The notes: generated by a model not told the origin, from the sequence alone. Shown: positions 1 through 11,723, counted from the first letter of the stretch. The stretch: 64,000 nucleotides of DNA from Macrostomum lignano (GCA_002269645.1 NIVC01001533.1:124001-188000), one strand, 5' to 3'. Made by a program: numbers and translations.

Positions 1-1041
1 CTTTTCCTTTTCTCTTATTCTCCTTTCATTCTTCCCCCAATTTTTCCTTTTTTGTATTTTCAATTTTGCGACTTACCTTGGCTAAGGGCCATTTCACCTG
101 TCCAGTTTTGGATTGTTCAGACAGGTGTTGGGCATGTATACATTACAGGCTGGGCCTACATAAGCCAATGTTAACTAGACTGGAGGCACACACACAGTCC
201 AGGCAAAAGAGAGGCAATTCACAGGGCTGTCTCGTGAGTGCAGAAATTTGAACTGGTATGCATAGTATTTATACTCACAATGCTAGTGTATTATAACAAA
301 TAATAGTCACTTTGTTGCAAAGATATGGTATGCTATTTGTTGATGCATGTGCATGAACTTCCATTGAATTCCTTTTGCATATTAGTAATTCCTATTGTTT
401 CATTAGTAATTTAATGATTAATGCATAATCCAAGATCACCAAGGAGCCCTACCACACTTGTATATGTGTAGTGCAAGCATATATATATGTGTAAGGGCCC
501 AATACCTCAATTTCTAACTGAAAATTCAAGGAGTTGGCCTAATTTCACCAGAAAAATAGTTTGCAATATTGGAATAGGGCCTACTATAAGATTAAACAAT
601 TTTTATTTGGACTTCCAAAAAGTATATAGGCTCTAAAAATCTGAAAAATGCCTTTAAGAAAATGAGAAAAATAGAAGTGTTGTAGGGTTATTTCCTGTTG
701 ACTGAAATCCCACCACTTAGCTATCAATTTGTCGTAGGAGGGGTCGGGGGTTATTGGGAATTTTTGGGGTTTTCTTAGAATTATTTTTAAGAATATTTCA
801 AACGTTAAAAACGAGCTATAGAAGGAATAGGCAGAATATATAAACTTTATTGAGGTACACAGAACATACTAAACAAATCAACTGTCTCAATTGGCCTTCC
901 TGGCTTGAAAAATTAAATAATAGTGAAAGTTTTCAACATAGAACAATAGAAAATAGAGTAATGATAGAGTAGCATGTATATTTACAAGAGAAAATTATTG
1001 GAAGCGGATAAAACGTTATAAATGTCTGTCATTCATCAATC

Positions 1042-1662
1042 TTACATCATATTAAACTCGCTCGGAAACCAGTTCTGGTGCGGCCAGCCGCACTCACGGC
1101 CGAGCCATTGGATCTCGAATCGTAGACTTTGGTTGTTGAAGCGGCGCGGACCTCGGCGGAGGTTCATCAGCGTGTAATAAATGGCGCGCCTCCAGGCGGC
1201 GACAGCATGTACTGGCTGCAATTGGCGCAAATTGAGCAACACTGGTCGCAGCGTTTCGCGCTGCGGAAACTCTCGACCATCTCTGAATCTGCCGGCGTGG
1301 ATCAAGTACAGCTTGATTGCTGTAATCATGCGGCGGAAGTCTCCACGCTGGGCTTCGGGCAGACTCTCCATTGCCTGGGTGAAATTTCCGCCGATCTCTT
1401 GCAGCGGTTGGCCAGTTCGAATAAATCCGGCCATCAGAGGCGGCACGCCGGAGTCGAGCGGTTCCATTTTAATTGACGGAACTGGGCGAGAGCGAGGCTG
1501 GCTCATCGGTCTGACTCCATACGTCGGCGGCGGGGTGACCAGGGGGCGCTCTTCAGGCTGCTGTTTCGGCGGCGATCGGGAGCGGGACTTCTTCGGCGAG
1601 GATCGGGACTTCTTCGGCGGAGATCGGGACTTATTTGGCGGAGATCGGGAACGGGACTTTTT
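1042..1662 (-). CDS. Probable terminal exon of an unknown gene: RS/SP-rich segment followed by a ~130-aa predicted helical domain
   Basis: The frame stays open upstream of the annotated Met at 1506 and reads KKSRSRSPPNKSRSPPKKSRSSPKKSRSRSPPKQQPEERPLVTPPPTYGVRPMSQPR. It is preceded on the minus strand by TACTAAC (branch-point-like) and a CAG acceptor at 1663-1665. 621 nt = 207 codons, phase 0. GC-rich against AT-rich flanks. AATAAA lies about 190 nt downstream (846-851, minus strand). The upstream exon was not found. Confidence 0.6.
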   Translation of the reverse strand, partial: KKSRSRSPPNKSRSPPKKSRSSPKKSRSRSPPKQQPEERPLVTPPPTYGVRPMSQPRSRPVPSIKMEPLDSGVPPLMAGFIRTGQPLQEIGGNFTQAMESLPEAQRGDFRRMITAIKLYLIHAGRFRDGREFPQRETLRPVLLNLRQLQPVHAVAAWRRAIYYTLMNLRRGPRRFNNQSLRFEIQWLGRECGWPHQNWFPSEFNMM

Positions 1663-2096
1663 CTGTTTCGGCGACGGGCGGGGATCAGTTAGTATAGAAA
1701 AAGGGATTTTGAGCTCTTGTTATACATGTTAAATATTTTGATATGACATCCACTGAAAATAAAAAAGTTGCTTTATCAATAATAGTCACAAATGTTTACC
1801 CATGCATATATAATGATAAAATTTGTTAACTAATTAATGCAAAGTTAACTTCAATGTTTTTAAAAGGTGCTACCTTTAGTTTTTAGCTCTGTCCTATTTA
1901 AATTAAATATTTAAATCATCAGTCTAATAATAAGGTTTCAAAATTGCCATTTTTCAAGCTTTTGTTTAGCATGTAAATTATGCATACATTGGCATACACC
2001 AAAAATGTAGGTTGTTTTTTTATGAACTACATATAGAGTGCTTTAAACTATGAGCAATAGGCAAATAAATTTTAATAAAATAGACATATATATATA

Positions 2097-2478
2097 TAGG
2101 GTGGCCCATGTAACATGCCTGATTTACAACATTAATAACTTTTGTCATTCGAAACCAATGTTGACAAAATTTTAACACAATGTTGCCACATATATAGCAT
2201 TATATTTGCAGGATTTACACATGCAAGCAAGCACTCACACACTCATACAAGTGGAGGTCTGAAGTGGAATGTTTAAAAAGCAAGCTGCGGGCATGCACCA
2301 CATTCACTTTGCTTTGTGTGTGTGTGTGTGTGTGTGTGATTGCTGGCATGCATAAATTTTGCAAATATAATGCTATACCTGTGGCAACATTGTGTTAAAA
2401 TTTTGTCAACATTAGTTGTGAATGACAAAAGTTATTAACATTTTACTTTAAATCAGGCACATTACATGGCCCACCAGA
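2097..2478. mobile_element. MITE-like element with ~140-bp imperfect terminal inverted repeats (Tc1/mariner-like ends)
   Basis: The left arm GGTGGCCCATGTAACATGCCTGATTTA...TTGACAAAATTTTAACACAATGTTGCCACA (from ~2099) is the reverse complement of the right arm ending ...AATCAGGCACATTACATGGCCCACC (~2475). Flanks are TA-rich. A (GT)n tract lies inside at 2316-2338. Confidence 0.7.
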
Positions 2479-3067
2479 TATATTTGTCTATGGCAGAAGG
2501 AAGCTACAATTGCAACCTGAATGGAATAGGGATGTGTATTGATTTTGTCTACCACCTTTTTTAGGTTTTTGTTTGCTGATAGACAAAACAACTTTTTCTA
2601 GTAAACAAATAGGACCTGAGCCACTCTCCCAGGTCTTAGTTATGCAAGAGTAAAGGTCACTATGCTCAATTGAAGTATTGATGATTAAAATCAAAATAAT
2701 AATACAGTGAGTGCTCAGTGTACATTTTTTAAGTTATATAACATCATAGTCAGATATATACTTGTTATATTAGCTAGACATTTGGTTGTTAGCAACTATT
2801 CATTCATAATAATTCACACTCATTTATAGCTAGGAGGACCATTCGTTTATCTATTACTTACATTTACTTTGATCTACCTAATATTTCTATAGGAGCTTCA
2901 TTTAAAACAGTACCTATTCAGTAATTAGTTGAAGGTTGTTAAGTTACTCTTATTTATAATAAATGTGTCTAAATAATTTTTAATAAGCCAAGTTCTCTGA
3001 GTATTATGCAGAAATAGTTTATAGTTTTTATCAATACCCATCGCCAGCTCCTGCGCCATCAGACGCA

Positions 3068-4939
3068 ATGGCCTCAGCAGATTGCAGTACAGATGTCCCA
3101 ATGAATGGCGACAATGGCCAGGCTCAGGCCGCTGCATCATCAGCTGGCCTGTCAGCCGCCACTGCCGATCCCGCCGCTGGAGTTGCCTCAGACGAATATA
3201 TTGTTGAGAAAATTCTGCAGATGCGCATACACCAGGGCAAGAAGCAGTACCTGATCAAGTGGAAGGGCTACGGACCGGAGGAGAACTCCTGGGTGCCTGA
3301 GGAGAATTGCGACTGTCCGGACATTGTGGAGGCATTCGAACGCGAGCGCAAGCAGAGTCGCGATGCGGCCGCTCGCAAGAAGTCCTCGGGGGCGGCGGAG
3401 AAGAAGCGGGCGGCTCTGCAGCAGGTCATCGAGTACAAGGAGCCGGCCGGCGCCGGGCCCAGAGGCTTTGACCGGGGACTGCAGCCGGATCGGATTCTGG
3501 GCGCTACCGATAGCTTGGGCGAGCTCATGTTCCTCATGAAGTGGTGCGTTGCTCTGCTTTGTATACCCGGACTTATGGCTAGGCCAGCCTCCCAGATCCT
3601 CAGTTGCTGGGCCACCTGCCTCCCAGATCCTCAGTTGCTGGGCCAGCCTCCCAGATCCTCAGTTGCTGGGCCACCTGCCTCCCAGATCCTCAGTTGCTGG
3701 GCCAGCCGCCCAGATCCTCAGTTGCTGGGCCAGCTTCCCAGATCCTCAGTTGCTGGGCCACCTGCCTCCCAGATCCTCAGTTGCTGGGCCACCTGCCTCC
3801 CAGATCCTCAGTTGCTGGGCCAGCCTCCCAGATCCTCAGTTGCTGGGCCACCTGCCTCCCAGATCCTCAGTTGCTGGGCCAGCCGCCCAGATCCTCAGTT
3901 GCTGGGCCAGCTTCCCAGATCCTCAGTTGCTGGGCCACCTGCCTCCCAGATCCTCAGTTGCTGGGCCACCTGCCTCCCAGATCCTCAGTTGCTGGGCCAG
4001 CCTCCCAGATCCTCAGTTGCTGGGCCACCACCTGCCTCCCAGATCCTCAGTTGCTGGGCCATCTGCCTCCCAGATCCTCAGTTTCTGGGCCACCTGCCTC
4101 CCAGATCCTCAGTTGCTGGGCCAACAGCCTCCCAGATCCTCAGTTGCTGGGCCACCTGCCTCCCAGATCCTCAGTTGCTGGGCCAGCCGCCCAGATCCTC
4201 AGTTGCTGGGCCAGCTTCCCAGATCCTCAGTTGCTGGGCCACCTGCCTCCCAGATCCTCAGTTGCTGGGCCACCTGCCTCCCAGATCCTCAGTTGCTGGG
4301 CCAGCCTCCCAGATCCTCAGTTGCTGGGCCACCACCTGCCTCCCAGATCCTCAGTTGCTGGGCCATCTGCCTCCCAGATCCTCAGTTTCTGGGCCACCTG
4401 CCTCCCAGATCCTCAGTTGCTGGGCCACCTGCCTCCCAGATCCTCAGTTGCTGGGCCAACAGCCTCCCAGATCCTCAGTTGCTGGGCCAGCCTCCCAGAT
4501 CCTCAGTTGCTGGGCCAGCCTCCCAGATCCTGCAGTTGCTGGGCCAGCCTCCCAGATCCTCAGTTGCTGGGCCAGCCTCCCAGATCATCAGTTGCTGGGC
4601 CACTCTCTCAGATCCTCAGTTGCTGGGCCAGCCTCCCAGATCCTCAGTTGCTGGGCCACTCTCCCAGATCCTCAGTTGCTGGGCCAGCCTCCCAGATCCT
4701 GCAGTTTCTGGGCCAACCTCCCAGATCCTCAGTCGCTGTGCTGCACTGGGTCCAGCAGCAGTGCACATCAGTGCAATCAGCTCTCAATGCAATTACATTG
4801 CAGGCGCGAAAGCGACGAAGCAGACCTGGTGCCGGCCCGGCAGGCCAACGTGCGCTGCCCGCAGATTGTGATCGCCTTCTACGAGGAGCGCCTGGCCTGG
4901 TGCAGAGACGAGGAGGCCGTGGGCGGAGCGGCTGCCTGA
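3068..4939 (+). CDS. HP1: Heterochromatin protein 1 / chromobox homolog (chromodomain + chromoshadow domain). Exons 3068-3543 and 4804-4939; 203 aa after splicing
   Basis: Chromodomain [49 protein letters not shown]. Chromoshadow [27 protein letters not shown]|[32 protein letters not shown]. The intron 3544-4803 runs GTGCGT...TTGCAG and splits the Trp codon (TG|G). Confidence 0.95.
   Translation: MASADCSTDVPMNGDNGQAQAAASSAGLSAATADPAAGVASDEYIVEKILQMRIHQGKKQYLIKWKGYGPEENSWVPEENCDCPDIVEAFERERKQSRDAAARKKSSGAAEKKRAALQQVIEYKEPAGAGPRGFDRGLQPDRILGATDSLGELMFLMKWCVALLCIPGLMARPASQILSCWATCLPDPQLLGQPPRSSVAGPPASQILSCWASRPDPQLLGQLPRSSVAGPPASQILSCWATCLPDPQLLGQPPRSSVAGPPASQILSCWASRPDPQLLGQLPRSSVAGPPASQILSCWATCLPDPQLLGQPPRSSVAGPPPASQILSCWAICLPDPQFLGHLPPRSSVAGPTASQILSCWATCLPDPQLLGQPPRSSVAGPASQILSCWATCLPDPQLLGHLPPRSSVAGPASQILSCWATTCLPDPQLLGHLPPRSSVSGPPASQILSCWATCLPDPQLLGQQPPRSSVAGPASQILSCWASLPDPAVAGPASQILSCWASLPDHQLLGHSLRSSVAGPASQILSCWATLPDPQLLGQPPRSCSFWANLPDPQSLCCTGSSSSAHQCNQLSMQLHCRRESDEADLVPARQANVRCPQIVIAFYEERLAWCRDEEAVGGAAA
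3582..4732. repeat. Minisatellite in the HP1 intron, 28-32 bp unit CCTCCCAGATCCTCAGTTGCTGGGCCA(G/CCTG), about 38 copies
   Basis: Directly visible tandem units that fill most of the 1260-bp intron. Confidence 0.97.
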
Positions 4940-5504
4940 ATTGGGGCGTTGAGAAGAAGCTCTTTGTATTTCTGCTAATAATGAATTGCGGCATTAGTGA
5001 ACTAAGGCACCGAATATGCACTGCAGTTTGCAGTACCTGTAATCCGTTCTGACGTTTAAATTTCCCGGAATTCTGGCATTTAATTAAGGAAATTGCACCG
5101 TATGTATGCTCTACTATTAGTAAAAAGGTACGCAAATGTAACCAAAAGCTATAAATCACTATAATTATGCTTGCATTTGCCTACTTATAGTAAACCGGTT
5201 CTACCATTTTTCTGTTACATTAGTCGCCTGTCATCTCATTGTGCCCGTCTTTTCATCAGCAAGTTTCTCTTGCTTGGCCTAAAACTTGTTGGATTTAATA
5301 AATAATATCGGCTTTCCGCGAAGCAGCCACCAACCTTTGTGGTCATCAGTTCACTGTTATTCTTTTATAAACCTCTGCACTGCAGTTGCTTTTGTCTGGC
5401 ATTTTTTGGCAGAAACTTTTGCACTTGTCTTGCAAAGGTAATACTTTGTTTTCTTGGTGACCTTTAATGTATCCTACCTTCTTGGCCTTGAGAATCTTCT
5501 CCCT

Positions 5505-5795
5505 TCATCACCTCAATGATCCCCTCCCTTCATCACCTCAATAATCCCCTCGCTTCATCACCAATAATATCCTCTCTTCATAACTTCAATAATCTCCTCC
5601 CTTCATCACCTCAATTATGTCCCTTCATCATCTCAATAATCTCCCTTCATCACCTCATTAATATCCCATCATCATCTCAATAATCTCCCTTCATCACCTC
5701 AATAATCCCCTATCTATATAACTTCATCACCTCAGTAAAGTCCCTTTATCACCTCCATAATATCTCTTCAACACATTAATAATCTCTTCATCACT
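5505..5795. repeat. Degenerate ~20-22 bp tandem repeat (CCCTTCATCACCTCAATAAT-like)
   Basis: About a dozen decayed copies of TTCATCACCTCAATAAT. Confidence 0.75.
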
Positions 5796-6343
5796 TCGAT
5801 TTTTAGCACTTTAGCCTAACAAATCACAGTAGTGAACTCGCAAATTTGAACTTTCATACTTTCATATAAAAATGGCAAATTAACAGAGCCAACGACAATC
5901 GAAGGAGCTACAGTTTTTCTAAGTGTGAAGTTTACATGTACATTGCACATCGATGATTGGTCGACTAAAGTTTATTAACTAATTCTAACCGTGGTCTGTA
6001 CATACTGGTAGGTGTACAAGTACGTACATAACCTGTAAGTACTTTCACTCGGCAACATACATATCTCCCGCTCACTAAAATCGTTCTATATTAGGCATAA
6101 AAATTGTTTTGGGGCTTGTCGCGCCATTAGAGGGCCAACCCCCAAGACACAGTGAAGTCTACATGCCTAACGATACTCGTAAATAAAGTTGGGGCCGCTG
6201 TACACTCCTGTGTGAGCTTGCGTCCACATTACCTGCTTGCCGCCTTGCTGGCTGAGGAGCGAATGTCACTTTGATCTGCGGTAGTGCCTCGAGCCCACGT
6301 GCAATTACAAACTTGACTAACTCGACAAAGAACATCCCAGCCG

Positions 6344-6709
6344 ATGCCTCTCCTGCAGCTCTTGCACAATCCCACGGCCCGTCGAGCCCAGCTACTCCGC
6401 CTGCTATCCAACACCTCGGCATCGTCCAACGCGATCAATACTTCGCCGACGCCTAGCGAAGATCAGCAGGAGAAATTCGACAGTCGCGGAGCGGTGCTGT
6501 ACACGGTGACCATCGTGTCCGTGTTTGCTCTGGGGATCATCTTCATGATCGCTTCGCATGTCAAACGGAGCAGCTCCAAGCGCGAGTTGGACCGCGCAAT
6601 CTGCGAATACCTGCGGCGAGCGTCCGAAATTCGATTGAGAGGCGATGTGGCGCCGTTTGGAGGCGCCGCAACTGCTGGCAATTCGTCGTCTATTTTGACG
6701 TGGAAGTGA
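6344..6709 (+). CDS. Small single-pass membrane protein (121 aa); layout reminiscent of KCNE/MiRP-type accessory subunits
   Basis: GC-rich ATG ORF. Ser/Thr-rich N-terminus with an NTS sequon, one hydrophobic helix GAVLYTVTIVSVFALGIIFMIA, then basic HVKR and ELDRAICEYL. The family assignment rests on pattern resemblance only. Confidence 0.6.
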   Translation: MPLLQLLHNPTARRAQLLRLLSNTSASSNAINTSPTPSEDQQEKFDSRGAVLYTVTIVSVFALGIIFMIASHVKRSSSKRELDRAICEYLRRASEIRLRGDVAPFGGAATAGNSSSILTWK

Positions 6710-6959
6710 CAACAACTGCTATGGCCGGGAGAGCTAATGGTGGCTGGTGACTTGTTTTAATCCTGAACAAGTAGACTTTGTATATGTACCTGATGCATGT
6801 ATTTTAAGTCCCCTCTGAATCTTTAATAACTGGATATGTGACTTCTGCAAGTCAATAGTGACCTTGACTCCTTTTGTAACCCGCCGTGCTCTGATTCCTT
6901 TGTGACCTCCATGTGACCTGAGAAACTTGACTCTTTTTGCAACCTACATGTGACGTCTC

Positions 6960-7140
6960 AATACAATCATAGAAGCGTCATTTAAAAAATCGTAGAAGCG
7001 TCATGTAAACAATCATAGAAGCGTCATGTAAAAATCATAGAAGCGTCATGTAAAAATCATAGAAGCGTCATGTAAACAATCATAGAAGCGTCATGTAAAA
7101 AATCATAGAAGCGTCATGAAAAAATCATAGAAGCCTCATT
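6960..7140. repeat. 22-23 bp tandem repeat AATCATAGAAGCGTCATGTAAA(A/C), about 8 copies
   Basis: Directly visible. Confidence 0.9.
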
Positions 7141-7329
7141 TAAAAACTAATGAAAGTGTCATTTAAAAAATTAGGAAACATTATGGTAGAATAAAAGAAA
7201 CGTCATTTCAGACATGAAGGGTTCATGTAAAAATTAAATGCAGCTATAATGCTGTGCTGGGGAGAAAAACTGAGACGTCAAGGCTCTCAGAGAATAACTG
7301 AGATTACGGGGGGGGGGGGTTCTGAGATG

Positions 7330-8310
7330 TCAAAGCAAAAGTCAGAAGCTACTTCAAAGTTCATGTACTTTACTCCATCATTTTTTTATTGCATTCTTTG
7401 TTGGCTCGTCACGGGGGGGGCGCTGATAGAAGAAAAGTCATGTAAAAAATAAAAGTAGCACTACGTATACATAAAAGAAAAGTCATGTCGAAGTTAAAAG
7501 ATTCATTTGGGAATTGCTACGATGTCAAAGCTTGGAGGGAATCGTTATAGTGCTGTGATTCTTAAAGAAAGAATCACTAAAATGTCAAGGCTTAGGGGAG
7601 AAGAATTGCTGAGATTTCAAGGCTTTAGGTTGGGTTAAAGTTAGGTTTAGGTCAGGTGTGGGTTGAGGGTTATATTTTATCGGGTTTCAAGGTTAACAGG
7701 GGATTTTTTAGATTTCAAGGTTTATGGGGGCCATTGCTGACATGTCAAGGCTTACGGGGGGAATAGCTGAGATGTCAAGGCTCACGGGGGTATAAATGAG
7801 ATTTCAAGGCTAAAGTCAGAAGCTACATGTAGTTTATTGAAAACTTTTATTACATTATTTGATGCCTCCTCAGGGGAGGGATCGCTGATAAAAAAGCGTA
7901 ATGTAAAAAATAAAAGAAGCTTCATGTCGAAGTTAAGAGATTCATTTGGGAATCCCTACGATGTTGAGGCTTGCAAGGAATTGCTATAATGCTGTAGTAG
8001 TGCTATAATGACTCTTAGAGAGAATTACTGAAATTTCAATGCTTTAGGGTTAGGTTAGGGTTAGGGTTAGGGTTAGGGTTAGGGTTAGGCTAGGGTTAGG
8101 GTTAGAAGGTTGACAGATATTTTTAGATTTCCAAGGCTTATTGGGGGCATTGCTGAGATGTCAAGGGGGGAAGTTGATATGTTAAAGCTTGTGGGGGAGA
8201 TAACTGACATGTCAAGGCTTACAAGGTTTGACAGGAGATTTTTTAAGATTTCAAGGATACATGTAGCTTATTAAAAAAACGTGTATTGCATTTCTTTGGC
8301 TCCCCAACGG
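7330..8310. repeat. Diverged tandem duplication of a ~500-bp unit rich in GATGTCAAGGCT sub-repeats, each copy containing a TTAGGG-type module
   Basis: Blocks such as CGCTGATA...CATGTCGAAGTTAA.AGATTCATTTGGGAAT..CTACGATGT occur at ~7410-7525 and ~7883-7965, each followed by a TTAGG-like tract (7624-7670 degenerate, 8044-8105 near-perfect). Confidence 0.7.
8044..8105 (+). repeat. Interstitial telomere-type (TTAGGG)n, about 10 units
   Basis: TTAGGG TTAGG (TTAGGG)x5 TTAGG CTAGGG TTAGGG TTAG. Confidence 0.9.
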
Positions 8311-9364
8311 GGGGCGTAGATTGCTAGTGACCTCTAAATCTCTCTATGGCGACCTGCATGACTCCCTACGGTATAATGATCTCCCAGACGATACCTTGAC
8401 CCCACCTGATAATGAATATGACTTTCTGAATGCTGGCAACTGCTTACTGGACCTCCTCTTTCACTGCCGATCCTTCGTTGTGTACTTTGCGCATGCGCCC
8501 CATACTTCTACAGTACATGTACGAGTATATTTAAGGTGCCCTACCTGTACATAAGTACCTGAAGTCTCCAATATCATTCGAATATGGTGGAGTCACAACA
8601 GAAGCGGCAGAGTTTCATTTCTCTTACTTCTCATTTTGGATAACAGTACAGAGATAACCGTGAAAGCAGCTACAAGATCAAGACATAAGACTTTGGTGTT
8701 GTGTGATTTAATTTAATATATCGAATATTTTTATTTACCCAAATCACCCTTCGCTTTCATTCATTCAAAACGAGTTTTTGTTCCAACGAGTTTACACAAA
8801 GCAGCAGAAAAATAACTTAATTTTTATTTTGATACGGTACAATGGCCAAGACCAGTCACCATGGGATACGATAGGGGGGCGCGGGCGGTTTACACCCGAG
8901 TTTCGGGTTGACAAAAGTACAGAAAATAGTTTTCATTCTAGACTTACAGAACTTTTGAATAGAATTATCAATGTATAGTTATGGATGCAGTTCTGCACAA
9001 CCAGTCACCCTAATGGAGATGATTATTGATTTGGAGTTTGACCAGGTCTATTTGGAATTCGCGAACTTGTCAATTTTGGACAAGTTTCATTCCTTGGATC
9101 GGAGATCGACAGGGGAGCAATAAGTTTGAAAACCTGATTTTTCATTTTCAAGTACTAGAAGCTATTCTTACCTTTTTAGAAGTTAGTGGACTGTGGAGAA
9201 TTGAAGGAGAGAAGAAGAGACGTTGGAAAACAATTTAAAAAACAAAATGTGTGTTTTACTTTTGTTATACTGCATCAGTTTGTTAAATTTTAATCGCGCC
9301 TATTTGAACAATTTAAATTCGTGCGCGAATTGTCTCTGAGAGGCTGCGCTAGCAGGGCGGGACA

Positions 9365-10431
9365 TCAGATGACCGCGCAGCACACGTTGCCGGGCTGCTG
9401 GTCCTTGACGTTCTTGTTCACGTCGCCCTCCTTGCCGTTGGCGGTGGCCTCGCCTTCTTTCTTCTCGCCGCCCTGACGAGTCGCAATTTGGGGGAGTTGG
9501 TATTATTCGAGATTAGGTGTATAAAATGGTGCATTATTTGTTTCGGGTCGGAGTTAGAAATGCCAATACATGTAATAAAGTCACAATGTGTACATTTTTG
9601 CCGCAGTGGAAATGGTAGACTTAGTGATCTACGAAGCTAGATGTACGCAGCAGGTGCATTGAAAGGGACAGCTGTGTTAAAAAATGTGATAAGCTTGATG
9701 AAGACGCTTAGCGCTAAATATCTTGTGCTTTGAGAGTGAAATCCATCAATTATCGAATAAAAATCACCTGTTGAATTTCACCTCCTCTTCGAACTGATAC
9801 TATTATCTCACCTGTTCGTCATTTGGTGTTGCACTGTCTGGCTTTTGGGATTCCTGCATCCGGGATGCGGTTTGCGATGCGAGATTGGTCACGGATCTGC
9901 ATTTTGTTCCCCTTTAACAGCCTGGGGCTTCAATAGTAAAATTAACGGGGCCACTCACCTCTGCAGCAGCGGGCGTCTCTGCCGGCTTCTCCTCAGTCGC
10001 CGGAGCCTGCGGGAGTTACACGAGGGCCGATTTGGGGCTGCTCAAGGAGGCCAGTGAGATCAGAGAGAAAGCAAAGCAAAGTGCTTTCCACCCGGGCAGT
10101 CGAGAGAGTAACATCAATCTTGCTTGGTCACAAAAGCAACAAAGGGGAAAAGGAAAAAAGTTTTCTTTGTCAACTCGGTCATACAATCGTAGTTGAAACA
10201 CTTCAAATCTTTGCAAAAGGAAATTGGAAATCGGAAGAAACTCTGCAAACCGCAATAAAAGATCTATCAGCTTCACATGAAGATGCTGTTACATTTTATC
10301 AGCTTTACCTCAGCCTCAGGGGCGGGAGCTGCAATAATTATTGAATTAGAAATGAAAATCCACTTCAATCAACAGCACTTGTCATCAACTCACTGCAGAG
10401 AGTCACAGTACTCACCCGCTTCCTCTGACAT
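9365..10431 (-). CDS. 77-aa acidic, low-complexity protein ending in a CaaX box (CCAVI). Exons 10416-10431, 10309-10328, 9959-10006, 9812-9853, 9365-9472
   Basis: Manual splice model: all four introns are GT-AG (donors GTGAGT, GTAAAG, GTGAGT, GTGAGA; all CAG acceptors), phases are consistent, and there is an in-frame TGA upstream of the ATG. Product MSEEAAPAPEAEAPATEEKPAETPAAAEESQKPDSATPNDEQGGEKKEGEATANGKEGDVNKNVKDQQPGNVCCAVI*. Confidence 0.8.
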
Positions 10432-11190
10432 TATTCAGGAAGTTCTTGCTGGCGTTCTTGCTGAAGCAATCAAGCAGAAACAGTCGTTAAAGAAGAGAAG
10501 GTGGCTGGCGGCGTTGGTGGTGGCTGGAGGGCCGGCGGTCGAGTTTTGCTCCGCGCGCCGCGTTTCATATCCTGGTCGAGCCGCTCCACTGAGGGACCCT
10601 CCTTCGCTCGGGGCGAGAGAGGGACAGGGGGAGGAAATCGATTTGAGATCGGGCTGTGCGCGCACACGGCTACTCTGGCCATATCTACACTGCAGCATTT
10701 GGCTGGGAGCAACTTCTCTGCAGCAGCAGCGGCAGCAGCAACAGCAGCTGTTTAGCGAAGAGTTTTTCGGGGCAGCCCTTAAGAGCTGGAGGGCTGCGGG
10801 GAGTGTCCATAACTTCTGTTGCTACATTCCCTTCCCGTGTGTGTGTGTCTCCCCTCTATTATCCCCCCAGCCGGGAATCGATTTCTGTGCACTGCTGGGG
10901 CTGAGCCCGGCGACCTGCATTTGGCGACTGCAATGCTATTTGGGCCGCACTGCAAACTAAGCCCGCCCACGTGTATTCAGAAATTGCTGCTTAGTCTGCA
11001 GTGCTTAGATCTGTCTCGATCACTCTCTCGCACGGTTTGAAGTTGGACAATTGGACTTTTCCTTCTCTCTCCGAGATCAGCCCACTGTTATAGTTCCGTC
11101 CGGACCATCTTCGTATTCGAATAGCTCTCAAGGATGCATCTTATCATTGCCTATAGCTTTATGGAAAATAGTGCGGTTGCAAGCTAATAT

Positions 11191-11714
11191 GATACTGCTG
11201 ATGAGGCTATTGTTGATGAGGCTATTGCTGATGAGGCTATTGCTGATGAGGCTATTGCTGATGAGGCTATTGCTGATGAGGCTATTGCTGAGGAGGCTAT
11301 TGTTGATGAGGCTATTGTTGATGAGGCTATTGCTGATGAGGCTATTGCTGATGAGGCTATTGCTGATGAGGCTATTGCTGATGGGGCTATTGTTGATGAG
11401 GCTATTGCTGATGGGGCTATTGCTGATGGGGCTATTGCTGATGAGGCTATTGTTGATGAGGCTATTGCTGATGGGGCTATTGCTGATGGGGCTATTGCTG
11501 ATGGGGCTATTGCTGATGAGGCTATTGTTGATGAGGCTATTGCTGATGAGGCTATTGCTGATGAGGCTATTGCTGATGAGGCTATTGCTGATGAGGCTAT
11601 TGCTAATGAGGCTATTGCTGATGAGGCTATTGCTGATGAGGCTATTGCTGATGAGGCTATTGCTGATGGGGCTATTGCTGATGAGGCTATTGTTGATGAG
11701 GCTATTGCTGATGG
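11191..11714. repeat. 15-bp minisatellite GCTATTGCTGATGAG, about 35 copies
   Basis: Directly visible. It produces the spurious poly-MRLLL and poly-SSAIA ORFs. Confidence 0.97.
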
Positions 11715-11723
11715 GTCTACGAA

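Noticed and set aside
3549-5052. 440-aa and 482-aa ORFs overlapping HP1, and the 623-aa read-through as the main product
   Set aside because: They are translations of the intronic minisatellite. Splicing at canonical sites restores a normal 203-aa HP1.
8044-8105. True telomere or chromosome fusion site
   Set aside because: Only about 10 units in one orientation, embedded in a duplicated repeat unit.
10277-10960. 227-aa plus-strand ORF
   Set aside because: No recognisable domain. It overlaps the antisense exons and 5' region of the CaaX gene and a CAG microsatellite.
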